64,000 bases of DNA from Euprymna scolopes (Eukaryota): the NCBI GenBank assembly GCA_053919585.1, contig CM132792.1. One strand, given 5' to 3'. The position numbers were made by a program, and so were the translations under genes. Each line of letters begins with the position of its first letter. Position 1 is the stretch's first letter. Below are positions 23,001 through 34,950 of this stretch, piece after piece. The notes under the pieces are model-generated. The model saw nothing but the letters and a program-made list of their open reading frames with translations, had not been told where the DNA came from and made no database searches.

Positions 23001-26000
23001 GTTAAAAGTGTGCATTCGTTTAGAGTTTGTTAAAAGTGTGCATTCGTTTAGAGTTTGTTAAAAGTGTGCATTCGTTTAGAGTTTGTTAAAAGTGTGCATT
23101 CGTTTAGAGTTTGTTAAAAGTGTGCATTCGTTTAGAGTTTGTTAAAAGTGTGCATTCGTTTAGAGTTTGTTAAAAGTGTGCATTCGTTTAGAGTTTGTTA
23201 AAAGTGTGCATTCGTTTAGAGTTTGTTAAAAGTGTGCATTCGTTTAGAGTTTGTTAAAAGTGTGCATTCGTTTAGAGTTTGTTAAAAGTGTGCATTCGTT
23301 TAGAGTTTGTTAAAAGTGTGCATTCGTTTAGAGTTTGTTAAAAGTGTGCATTCGTTTAGAGTTTGTTAAAAGTGTGCATTCGTTTAGAGTTTGTTAAGTG
23401 TGCATTCGTTTAGAGTTTGTTAAAAGTGTGCATTCGTTTAGAGTTTGTTAAAAGTGTGCATTCGTTTAGAGTTTGTTAAAAGTGTGCATTCGTTTAGAGT
23501 TTGTTAAAAGTGTGCATTCGTTTAGAGTTTGTTAAAAGTGTGCATTCGTTTAGAGTTTGTTAAAAGTGTGCATTCGTTTAGAGTTTGTTAAAAGTGTGCA
23601 TTCGTTTAGAGTTTGTTAAAAGTGTGCATTCGTTTAGAGTTTGTTAAAAGTGTGCATTCGTTTAGAGTTTGTTAAAAGTGTGCATTCGTTTAGAGTTTGT
23701 TAAAAGTGTGCATTCGTTTAGAGTTTGTTAAAAGTGTGCATTCGTTTAGAGTTTGTTAAAAGTGTGCATTCGTTTAGAGTTTGTTAAAAGTGTGCATTCG
23801 TTTAGAGTTTGTTAAAAGTGTGCATTCGTTTAGAGTTTGTTAAAAGTGTGCATTCGTTTAGAGTTTGTTAAAAGTGTGCATTCGTTTAGAGTTTGTTAAA
23901 AGTGTGCATTCGTTTAGAGTTTGTTAAAAGTGTGCATTCGTTTAGAGTTTGTTAAAAGTGTGCATTCGTTTAGAGTTTGTTAAAAGTGTGCATTCGTTTA
24001 GAGTTTGTTAAAAGTGTGCATTCGTTTAGAGTTTGTTAAAAGTGTGCATTCGTTTAGAGTTTGTTAAAAGTGTGCATTCGTTTAGAGTTTGTTAAAAGTG
24101 TGCATTCGTTTAGAGTTTGTTAAAAGTGTGCATTCGTTTAGAGTTTGTTAAAAGTGTGCATTCGTTTAGAGTTTGTTAAAAGTGTGCATTCGTTTAGAGT
24201 TTGTTAAAAGTGTGCATTCGTTTAGAGTTTGTTAAAAGTGTGCATTCGTTTAGAGTTTGTTAAAAGTGTGCATTCGTTTAGAGTTTGTTAAAAGTGTGCA
24301 TTCGTTTAGAGTTTGTTAAAAGTGTGCATTCGTTTAGAGTTTGTTAAAAGTGTGCATTCGTTTAGGGTCTAATCAGTTGTGTATTTGTTTTGGGTCCATT
24401 ATATTTGTGCATTCGTTTAGGGTCTCTTTCCATTGTGTATACGTTTGGGGTCCCTTTCAATTGTGCATTTGTCTGTGGTCTGTTTGAATTGTGCATTTGT
24501 CTGGGGTCTGTTTGAATTGTGCATTTGTCTGGGGTCTGTTTGAATTATGCATTTGTCTGGGGTCTGTTTGAATTGTGCATTTGTCTGGGGTCTGTTTGAA
24601 TTGTGCATTTGTCTGGGGTCTGTTTGAATTGTGCATTTGTCTGGGGTCTGTTTGAATTGTGCATTTGTCTGGGGTCTGTTTGAATTGTGCATTTGTCTGG
24701 GGTCTGTTTGAATTGTGCATTTGTCTGGGGTCTGTTTGAATTGTGCATTTGTCTGGGGTCTGTTTGAATTGTGCATTTGTCTGGGGTCTGTTTGAATTGT
24801 GCATTTGTCTGGGGTCTGTTTGAATTGTGCATTTGTCTGGGGTCTGTTTGAATTGTGCATTTGTCTGGGGTCTGTTTGAATAGTGCATTCGTTTAGGGTC
24901 TGTTTGAATGGTGCATTTGTCTGGGGTCTGTTTGAATTGTGCATTTGTCTGGGGTCTGTTTGAATTGTGCATTTGTCTGGGGTCTGTTTGAATTGTGCAT
25001 TTGTCTGGGGTCTGTTTGAATTGTGCATTTGTCTGGGGTCTGTTTGAATTGTGCATTTGTCTGGGGTCTGTTTGAATTGTGCATTTGTCTGGGGTCTGTT
25101 TGAATTGTGCATTTGTCTGGGGTCTGTTTGAATTGTGCATTTGTCTGGGGTCTGTTTGAATTGTGCATTTGTCTGGGGTCTGTTTGAATTGTGCATTTGT
25201 CTGGGGTCTGTTTGAATTGTGCATTTGTCTGGGGTCTGTTTGAATTGTGCATTTGTCTGGGGTCTGTTTGAATTGTGCATTTGTCTGGGGTCTGTTTGAA
25301 TTGTGCATTTGTCTGGGGTCTGTTTGAATTGTGCATTTGTCTGGGGTCTGTTTGAATTGTGCATTTGTCTGGGGTCTGTTTGAATTGTGCATTTGTCTGG
25401 GGTCTGTTTGAATTGTGCATTTGTCTGGGGTCTGTTTGAATTGTGCATTTGTCTGGGGTCTGTTTGAATTGTGCATTTGTCTGGGGTCTGTTTGAATTGT
25501 GCATTTGTCTGGGGTCTGTTTGAATTGTGCATTTGTCTGGGGTCTTTTTGAATTGTGCATTTGTCTGGGGTCTGTTTGAATTGTGCATTTGTCTGGGGTC
25601 TGTTTGAATTGTGCATTTGTCTGGGGTCTGTTTGAATTGTGCATTTGTCTGGGGTCTGTTTGAATTGTGCATTTGTCTGGGGTCTGTTTGAATTGTGCAT
25701 TTGTCTGGGGTCTGTTTGAATTGTGCATTTGTCTAGGGTCTGTTTGAATTGTGCATTTGTCTGGGGTCTGTTTGAATTGTGCATTTGTCTGGGATCTGTT
25801 TGAATAGTGCATTCGTTTAGGATCTGTTTGAATGGTGCATTTGTCTGGGGTCTGTTTGAATTGTGCATTTGTCTGGGGTCTGTTTGAATTGTGCATTTGT
25901 CTGGGGTCTGTTTGAATTGTGCATTTGTCTGGGGTCTGTTTGAATTGTGCATTTGTCTGGGGTCTGTTTGAATTGTGCATTTGTCTGGGGTCTGTTTGAA

Positions 26001-28306
26001 TTGTGCATTTGTCTGGGGCCTGTTTGAATTGTGCATTTGTCTGGGGTCTGTTTTAATTGTGCATTTGTCTGGGATCTGTTTGAATAGTGCATTCGTTTAG
26101 GATCTGTTTTAATTGTGCATTTGTCTGGGATCTGTTTGAATAGTGCATTCGTTTAGGATCTGTTTGAATGGTGCATTTGTCTGGGGTCTGTTTGAATTGT
26201 GCATTTGTCTGGGGTCTGTTTGAATTGTGCATTTGTCTGGGGTCTGTTTGAATTGTGCATTTGTCTGGGGTCTGTTTGAATTGTGCATTTGTCTGGGGTC
26301 TGTTTGAATTGTGCATTTGTCTGGGGTCTGTTTGAATTGTGCATTTGTCTGGGGTCTGTTTGAATTGTGCATTTGTCTGGGGTCTGTTTGAATTGTGCAT
26401 TTGTCTGGGGTCTGTTTGAATTGTGCATTTGTATGGGGTCTGTTTGAATTGTGCATTTGTCTGGGGTCTGTTTGAATTGTGCATTTGTCTGGGGTCTGTT
26501 TGAATTGTGCATTTGTCTGGGGTCTGTTTGAATTGTGCATTTGTCTGGGGTCTGTTTGAATTGTGCATTTGTCTGGGGTCTGTTTGAATTGAGCATTTGT
26601 CTGGGGTCTGTTTGAATTGTGCATTTGTCTGGGGTCTGTTTGAATTGTGCATTTGTCTGGGGTCTGTTTGAATTGTGCATTTGTCTGGGGTCTGTTTGAA
26701 TTGTGCATTTGTCTGGGGTCTGTTTGAATTGTGCATTTGTCTGGGGTCTGTTTGAATTGTGCATTTGTCTGGGGTCTGTTTGAATTGTGCATTTGTCTGG
26801 GGTCTGTTTGAATTGTGCATTTGTCTGGGGTCTGTTTGAATTGTGCATTTGTCTGGGGTCTGTTTAAATTGTGCATTTGTCTGGGGTCTGTTTGAATTGT
26901 GCATTCGTTTCGGGTCTGTTTGAATAGTGCATTCGTTTCGGGTCTGTTTGAATGGTGCATTTGTCTGGGGTCTGTTTGAACAGTGCATTCGTTTAGGGTC
27001 TGTTTGAACAGTGCATTCGTTTAGGGTCTGTTTGAACAGTGCATTCGTTTAGGGTCTGTTTGAACAGTGCATTCGTTTAGGGTCTGTTTGAACAGTGCAT
27101 TCGTTTAGGGTCTGTTTGAATAGTGCATTCGTTTAGGGTCTGTTTGAATAGTGCATTCGTTTAGGGTCTATTTCAATTGTGCATTCGTTTAGGGTCTATT
27201 TCAATTGTGCATTCGTTTAGGGTCTATTTCAATTGTGCATTCGTTTAGGGTCTATTTCAATTGTGCATTCGTTTAGGGTCTATTTCAATTATGCATTCGT
27301 TTAGGGTCTATTTCAATTGTGCATTCGTTTAGGGTCTATTTCAATTGTGCATTCGTTTAGGGTCTATTTCAATTGTGCATTCATTTAGGGTCTATTTCAA
27401 TTGTGCATTCATTTAGGGTCTATTTCAATTGTGCATTCGTTTAGGGTCTTGAGCAATTGTGCATTCGTTTAGGGTCTTGAGCAATTGTGCATTCGTTTAG
27501 GGTCTATTTCAATTGTGCATTCGTTTAGGGTCTTGAGCAATTGTGCATTCGTTTAGGGTCTAGAGCAATTGTCCTTCGTTTTAGGATCCCTATTAATTGT
27601 GTATTCGTTTAGAGTCTATTTAAATTGTGTAATCGTTTAGGGTACATTTCAATTGTGTACGTGTTTGTAAGCGTATTAAATTATGTACTTGTTTAGGTTT
27701 TACAACAATTCTGTATTTGTTTAGGGTTTATAACAATTGTGTATTTGTTTAGGGTTTATAACAATTGTGTATTTGTTTAGGGTTTATAACAATTGTGTAC
27801 TTTTTTAGGGTTTATAACAATTGTGTACTTTTTTAGGGTTTATAACAATTGTGTACTTTTTTAGGGTTTATCACAATTGTGTACTTTTTTAGGGTTTATC
27901 ACAATTGTGTATTTGGGTAGGGTTTATCACAATTGTGTACTTCTTGAAGGAAATTACAATTGTGGAATTGTTTAGGGTCTGTTAAATTTGCTCAGTTAGT
28001 CTTTGTCTATCGTTTATTTGTTTACAGTCTTTTTCAATTAATTCGTCAAGGTTATATTTCAATTTTGTAATCTTTTAGGCACTACTTTGTAATCGCTTCG
28101 TGTGTTTTTCAATTGTGTAATCGTACAGAACCTATTACAATTGTGTAATCGTACAGAACCTATTACAATTGTGTAATCGTACAGAACCTATTACAATTGT
28201 GTAATCGTACAGAACCTATTACAATTGTGTAATCGTACAGAACCTATTACAATTGTTTAATCGTACGGAGTCTATTACAATTGTTTAATCGTACAGAGTC
28301 TATTAC

Positions 28307-28461
28307 AATTACCTTGGATTTATTTTATGTAATGTACATTCTGTTGCACTTTAAAAAAAATCATTGAAAATTTTATATCTATATCATTAATTGCTAAATG
28401 AAAGATAATGTTTTTAAATTTCAACAAAATGTACATTACATAAAATAAATCCAAGGTAATT
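28307..28461. mobile_element. MITE-like 155-bp foldback with 40-bp inverted arms
   Basis: 28307-28346 is the reverse complement of 28422-28461 (39/40); CCTTGG..CCAAGG core flanked by TA on both sides. Confidence 0.75.
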
Positions 28462-28597
28462 TTTTGATTCAGTTTAAATTAAATTTTTATACCTTACTTT
28501 GTAAAATTTAAAAAATAAATAAAATTTATAAAAGTGCACTTTGAAAATAAATACTTTTTAAGATTATATTTTAAAACTCTCCTTCTCTCTATTTCAA

Positions 28598-28746
28598 TTT
28601 GTATTTCTCTTCACACCACAACTCATTTTTGCAACCCCCTTTTTGTATTATTATAGGTCTGAATATTCTCTTTGTTTCAGTTTGTATTTCTTCTCACACC
28701 ACAACTCATTTTTTTGCAACCCGCTCTTTGTAATACAGGTCTGAAT
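28598..28746. repeat. ~83-bp imperfect tandem duplication
   Basis: tttgtatttc..cacaccacaactcattttt..gcaacc..ggtctgaat occurs twice. Confidence 0.8.
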
Positions 28747-29158
28747 GAGAAAATCTGAATTTTTTTTTTAACAAAAACTTTAAAATAACTTTTTTAGATT
28801 AAATTTTTTTAAACTTCTTTCGGAATAGAAAATCTTTAAAATTTAATAAGGAACATATTTCATATAGGTTTCATTAACAAATATTCAGTACATAACGAGA
28901 AAAATAGACGAAAATTTCAAAAGGACTGTATAACTGGTTACGGTCAATAGTAGTCCTCGCTAGCGAAAGTCTTTGTTATTATTATTTAAAACATTTTGTG
29001 TCCTGCTCTTTCGCGCGAGGACTAATATATATATATATATATATTATAATGAAATCTCTATTCAAACCAAATGAAATTAATAACTGTACATCTAATAAAT
29101 TGAATGTCTGTATTTTTTTGTTTAATCACAATGTCTTTATATTTTTCAATTCTTTCAG

Positions 29159-29204
29159 TGCTCCTATGCCATATATCATTGGTGTTCATTCATCGATTAT
29201 GGAG
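29159..29204 (+). CDS. DENND1: DENN domain-containing protein 1 (connecdenn-like), internal exon A
   Basis: tctttcag|T GCT CCT ATG..ATG GAG|gtaaat; APMPYIIGVHSSIME matches the core-DENN APMPYLIGIH motif; 46 nt, phase 2 to 0. Confidence 0.88.
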
Positions 29205-29880
29205 GTAAATATTTATTGTTTGTATATTAGTTTCTGATGTCTTAATGGTTTTAAGTCGGCACACAAATCGAATAAGCCTACAATGGTGCAGTCAGATTGT
29301 GGGTGAAATTCATATCCGACCATTGCCATACTCTTGATGAAACAAGTTTTTCATGTTATAATATTGGTACAGGATTAATAGTGTCAATCTTTGGGTGTAA
29401 AGATTTGGCCTCCCAGTGTCTAGCAAGATTCACTCCTTTTATAATAGGATTCAATTCCACTGGGTTGTTGTTCTGATTCTAGCCATACCCAGCGTGCATT
29501 TTCAATCATGGTGCCCAAGGAACTTGCATCAATCCACGTCAAGTTCCTTGTCATTAACACAACATTTAACTCGGTAGACCCAACTTCATTAATGGTTTTT
29601 CTTGAATCAAAAGCCATGTTTGATTTCTAGAAGAGTTTATGATTCTGTACAAATCCTGGAGATAGTTTTCCATGAGTAGCTGTTCTATATGTTTTGGACT
29701 TTTTAATTTTACAAGTCATTTTTTAATTTTGTTCAAATATCAAAAAAAAAAATATTTGTAAAAAAAATTTTTAAAGTAAAGTTAAAACAATGTAAATGGA
29801 GAAAATAGGAAAGACTTGTTTAATTTTCTTCAAATGTGAAAGTAAAAGAAGAATTTATGCACACCTTAAAAGATAAACAA

Positions 29881-30442
29881 AACAAGTGAAGCATGTATGG
29901 TTCCCTGTGAGTGCACACAGTGAACAAGGTATAAAAAAATGACTAAGTTCAGCATTTGCCACCCCCCTCCACTTAGCCCCAAAAGTCCTCCAGGCCTTAA
30001 CATATTTCAATTTGAGTTCAGCACCATGCAAAACTGCTAAATAGACATACACAGAAAATTTTGGACAAATATGATAAAATAGTCCCAAAAATGAAGTGTT
30101 TTTATTAGCCTTAAAAGAGCTCAAGAGTTATCACAAAATATAAACAAACAAAATTATATAGAAATCAGTTACAATTTTTCAGAAAGTTTTTTAAAAATCT
30201 AATGCATCAATTTTGTTTCAATAAGCACAAAAATGTCAAGTCTAGCTATTTTAACCCGAAAGGTACCCCTAGGGGGGACAACTGGAGTTTTCCGCAAAAA
30301 GTCTGTACTGTTACTTTTTTGCTGATATCATGTTTTCAAAATTTCACAAAAATTCCAAGGCGTAGTTATTGAGAAAAGTGCGGACGGACGATTGGACAAG
30401 GGTAAATTTACAGGTCCACCCTCCTCTTGTTGGGGACTAAAA
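29881..30442. mobile_element. Possible non-autonomous Helentron/DINE-like (HINE) element
   Basis: Starts aacaag; near the 3' end a cggacggacg micro-repeat, then a GC-rich stem ggtccaccc..ggggac and A/T tail; non-coding. Confidence 0.4.
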
Positions 30443-30649
30443 TGTATTTGTAAAAAAAAAGAAAAGAAAATATTTTTAGAAGGTGATTAAAAAAAAAAAA
30501 AATTTTTTTTATTAAGTTTAAACATTTGTTATGCATTTAGTATGTTAATTGTATTAATACAAACAAAATGTATGCAGTTTTCAGTCTTACTCAGGACAGG
30601 TTTTTTTTTCTTTTATCTGGGCTTGTGAAAAAGTTATTTAAAGTCAAAA

Positions 30650-33600
30650 TCCAACAAGTTTAGAGGCAAAGCGTTTGAATTTTATTTTCATCACCAGTTT
30701 TCTAAATATATCAACTCCTTTATGGTCTGATGCTATGTAATTTATAATAACAGATTTCTTTATTAACTTCATTTCTTTATAATTTGATATTTAATATTTA
30801 TATGCTTTTATCTTTGGTGAGTTTCTGTGGTTTGTGCTAAGATTATGCTGGCTTGGTTATAACAATTACTATGGGAGCTTCTGTTAATTCTGGTTGTAAA
30901 ACAGTCTTTAGAATGGCCTTTAAATATAGCGCTTCTTGTGCAGAATGTGAAAGCACTATAAATTCTGCCGCACAAGTAGAGAGCTTTTGGATTTTCATGA
31001 AATAATACACCCATTTTTGATAGTTGAAAACAATATACAGTTATACTTTTTCGATCTTCATTGTTTCACCAATCTGAAGCTGAAACTTTCTCTAATTTTA
31101 GGAAGCTTGTTGATTTTCTAAATACTAAATGTTGTTTCTTTAGTTCCTTTTAAATAATGAAAGATTTGTTTAGCTTTGTTTAAATTCTTCATTATTAGTC
31201 TTGATAATTTTTGTAATAGTTTTGTTACTGTGTAACATATGTCACGTCTTGTAGCAGTCATATAAGGTTTCCTATTATCTCATGATATAGTTTGTTGTCA
31301 ATTATTTCAGATTTTATGTCTGTATTTTTATTGATATCATTTTCAACTGGTGTAGTGCATTTTTTGCATTCTTGCATTCCAAACTTTAATAAGATTTTAT
31401 CAATGCACCTCGATTGATTTATTTTAATAATTTCTTTTTCATATCTAAATTGTATGCCCAGAAACAATGATATATGGCTAAGGTCGGTCATTTTGAATTT
31501 TTTTATTTAATCTGTTCTTAACAGCAGTTAACATTATGTCACAATTTGATGCAATTAAAATGTCATTGACCCATAAAAATAAAAGTAATTTATTGTGTTT
31601 ATTTTGGGTATACAAACAGCATCCACTGGACATAGTTTTTTTTTTTTTTTTTTTTTATTACATTTTCACCCCAAACAAGGCACATTGCCACTTTGGTGTA
31701 GGGGGCTACTATCAGGGGAAACATCTACTGGGGTACTATGTAGGGATTAGGGCAGCGAGATGTTGGTTCACGTTGCACTTGAACTTATGCATGTCAGTAC
31801 AGTTGGGGAAGCAGTGACCCGGAATGGAATTCCAAAGTCTAGCAGTTCTGGGGAAGAAACTACTGGAGTAGAAGGATCTTTTACATCTAAGGATCTCTAC
31901 AGTGTGGGGGTGGGATTTTGCAGCTTGTCGGGTCTGTCGAGGGTGTTCACGTCGTGGGGGCACAAGTGCTTGCAGTTCTTCAGAGCATTCACCATTATAA
32001 TACTTGTAGAACAGGCAGAGGGATGCAACGTTTCGACGATGGGACAGAGGCTGAAGTTTTGATGCCAGTTTAGGGCCTATCAGATTTGCGACTCTCTTTT
32101 GAACCCTGTCAAGGAGCGAGAGACAAGTAGCCGATGCACCGGCCCAAATATGACAGCAATACTCCATACATGGGCGAATAGTGGCCTTATAGAGGTACAG
32201 GATACTTTCGGGTGTTAAAAGTTTTCTAGCACGGTAGAGAGAGCCCACCTTCCTTGCAGCGGCCCTGGCAATGCCCTCGATGTAACTGTTCCAACTCATG
32301 TTTCCAGTGAACGTTAGGCCAAGGAGCTTGAGAGACGTACTCTCAGATAAAGAGTCGTTGGCCATTGCTATAGGTGGTAGAGAAGGTTTCTTGTAATTAT
32401 TGAATGAAATCAGTTTTGTCTTGGTGGCATTGAACGTTACCATCCATTTTTGTCCCCATTCCACTACTGATTGGAGGTCATCCTCTAGTGTTTCTGCCAT
32501 TACTTTAGATATATGTTCGTTTGTTTTCCTGTCGTGCCTGCTATAGAGTGTGGTGTCATCAGCATATATCCCCATCTCAGAGGCAATCTTGTCGGGGAGG
32601 TCATTTATGAATATCAGGAACAGCAGAGGTCCCAGGATAGATCCTTGGGGCACTCCCGCATTTATATCATATTGTTTAGATGTACGACCGTCGAGGACAA
32701 CCTGGATTTTTCTCTTATCTAAGAAGGATTTAATTACGTTAAGTATTCTACCAGTGATACTGTAAGATCTAATCTTCCTGAGGAGACCCTCATGCCATAC
32801 CCTGTCAAAAGCCTTAGATATATCTAGAGCTACCGCTCGTCCCTCTCCAGCTTTGTCCAGTGAATGGTATATGCGTTCAGAGATTACAGTGAGGATGTCT
32901 GCCGTGGAACGGGCTTGTCTAAATCCATATTGACGGTCGGTCAGAAGTTTAGCATCTATAAGGTGCTGGACTAGAGCATGGTTAATTAAGGTCTCAAATA
33001 TTTTGGCAAAAAGTGGGAGGAGGCTAATAGGGCGATAATTTAATGGGTCAGTTCTTTCGCCAGAATTCTTGAATACTGGTACTACAGAAGCAGTTTTCCA
33101 ACAGCTCGGAAAGCAAGATTCATTAAGGCATTTGTTGTAGAGTTTGGAGAGAACTGGAGCTACTTCGGCTGAGCACTTTTTTAATAGCACAGCTGGGATG
33201 AGGTCGGGTCCACATGCTTTGGAAGTGTCAAGGTTTTTTATGATAGCATGCACCTGAGCAGGGGTGATTTTCAGGTCGTCTAGTGTGGCGTCTGTCCGCA
33301 TAGGAAATTGAGGTAGGGGGTGGTTTAGAGGGTCCAGTGTGGAGTTTGAGGCAAACCGACTGGCAAGCATGTTAGCCTTCTCGGTTGCTGAGCAAAGAAC
33401 CTCGTGATTGTTGGTTAATGGGGGAATTGTTGATTGCCCATTATTTACTACACTGTTGTAGATTTTCCAGGAGTCACGAGTTCCTAGTTTTTGTGCTTCG
33501 ATGCGTTTTTTCGTGGTTTCCGTAAATTCCCTCTTAGCTGTCGCTATTTCTTTCTTAACGTTACTTCTAGCTTCTTTGTACTTCTGTCTGTTTGAACTGG

Positions 33601-34950
33601 ACTTATATCGATTAAACCTACGGAATGCATGCTGCCTTTGAGCAATGGCAGTTGCGCAAGTCGAAGTAAACCATTGGGGAGAGTGGGGCTTGCTATAAAA
33701 TTTCCGCATAGTTTGAATTGTTGTTTAATTGTATAATCATGAAATACTTAATTCCAAATTCTTCTGCGTTATCTCAAACCATACAGTGATTTGTTAAGCC
33801 TCCACACACAATTTTTATTTTTCATTATGAATCTCTCTGGAGAGTGTCACATCCTTGGTCCGAATTGGTGCAGAATTAATTTTGACTCTAACCCCCGTAT
33901 GATACTATCTCCCGGATGTTGCCGCTCTGTACCGGCTTAGAGAAGGGTAAAGGATGTTACCACCAAGGATGGCAACTCGACTGATCAAACCTCATCGTCT
34001 AACTCCAGTGAATTTAGTTTATTAGATTTTCCCAGATCTCTAATTAGAAAGGTTAAAAGCAAGGATATGCAAAAATTCAACATGGAATAATAATAGGCAG
34101 AAGGCAGAAATATAGTTTATATATATTTTTTGTGGGGTTTGACTTTTTTATAAACAAACAAAAAAATAACCAAGAAATGAAAACAGCAAAAAAAAAGTTC
34201 ATGGTTAGTCATGGTTAGTTCTAGAGAAGAGGCTGGGATTTACTTCTGAGAGAGAATTAAGTTTGTCGAAAGAGACATTTGCGATGATGAACACAGTCAA
34301 TCCAAATGCCTGTATGCAAACAATATAAATTTCTTTTTGGTGGGGAGAGATGAAGAAGAGAGGTCCCACAAACCTGCTTCTGAAGCAAATACAATTTTGT
34401 AATCCTCTAATGAATCATGCAGGAAAGAAATGTCCTTTTTCTGTTTTCATGTTACATCACTTGGGAAAGCACAACCGTTTGGCATTTTAATGTTTCATTC
34501 TCTTCAACGCCTTACATTTTACGAGCGAAAGGGCCAATTCAGAGTCCAGAAAAAATATGCCTATATTACTTCCAATATGCTCCTAAGTATACTACTTTGA
34601 ACTGACTAAAAGTCATGGGTTTTTCTTTGATTAATCACGGTTGTAAACGTCTTAAAATCACTTGGCAACCCTTTAAGGACCATGGAGATTAACAGACTGT
34701 CGCTAATAATTGCGCCAGACATTTTTAATGAATTTGCTGTTGTTTTGGCCCTTATAATTTGTTATCGCCTCAGCTTCCATACATTTTGTAGACCTCAGTT
34801 TAGTATATAAAGAAACAATTTTGGTTTTCCTTTTGATAAATAATGCTCTCTTAATATGTTCAATGCGGTGCAGCCATGGTCAAGGGTTTCTTGCATTACC
34901 GAATAGACTTCTATCATCTAAAAAAAAAAAAAGTTGTATTCTTTTTAATA
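30650..34950 (-). mobile_element. Degenerate Ty1/Copia relic (gag ~34540-34930; RT 33715-33770 + 31250-31635; RNaseH ~30690-31100)
   Basis: ALNILREHYLSKGKPK (copia gag); IWN*VFHDY..FKLCPVD..CLY and LWVNDILIAS; MTDLSHISLFLGIQF..QSRCIDKILLKFGMQEC (copia RT). Confidence 0.8.
31636..33709 (-). mobile_element. 5'-truncated young CR1-group LINE with poly(A) tail, nested in Copia RT
   Basis: Uninterrupted 657-aa ORF 31736-33709 (YRPISLL, LDISKAFDRVWH, GVPQGSILGP, YADD); T-run at 31636-31655; TSD catagttt at 31631-31638 and 33707-33714. Confidence 0.93.

Larger units (their letters stand above)
4611..28310. repeat. Main 28-bp satellite array (consensus ~aattgtgtattcgtttagggtctatttc), block-structured, interrupted by two LTR elements
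   Basis: Continuous 28-nt register. Blocks: ..aggttttatttc (4611-5002, 9126-15075, 20095-20690); ..cgtcttgagtctg (~20690-20875); aaatgtacattag (~21330-21560); aacagtgc (~21620-22050, ~26980-27115); aaagtgtgcattcgtttagagtttgtta (~22781-24364); aattgtgcatttgtctggggtctgtttg (~24460-26980); ..ggtctatttc (~27170-27560); ..gggtttataac (~27700-27950); ..cgtacagaacctattac (~28110-28310). Confidence 0.97.

Noticed and set aside
24417-26988. Long ORFs (up to 539 aa) of repeating MHNSNRPQTNAQFKQTPDKCTIQTDPRQ
   Set aside because: A stop-free 28-mer gives the same 28-aa cycle in all three frames; a satellite artefact with no splice or start context
4611-28310. CRISPR-like array (28-bp repeats)
   Set aside because: Repeats are head-to-tail with no unique spacers, no cas genes, and the context is eukaryotic
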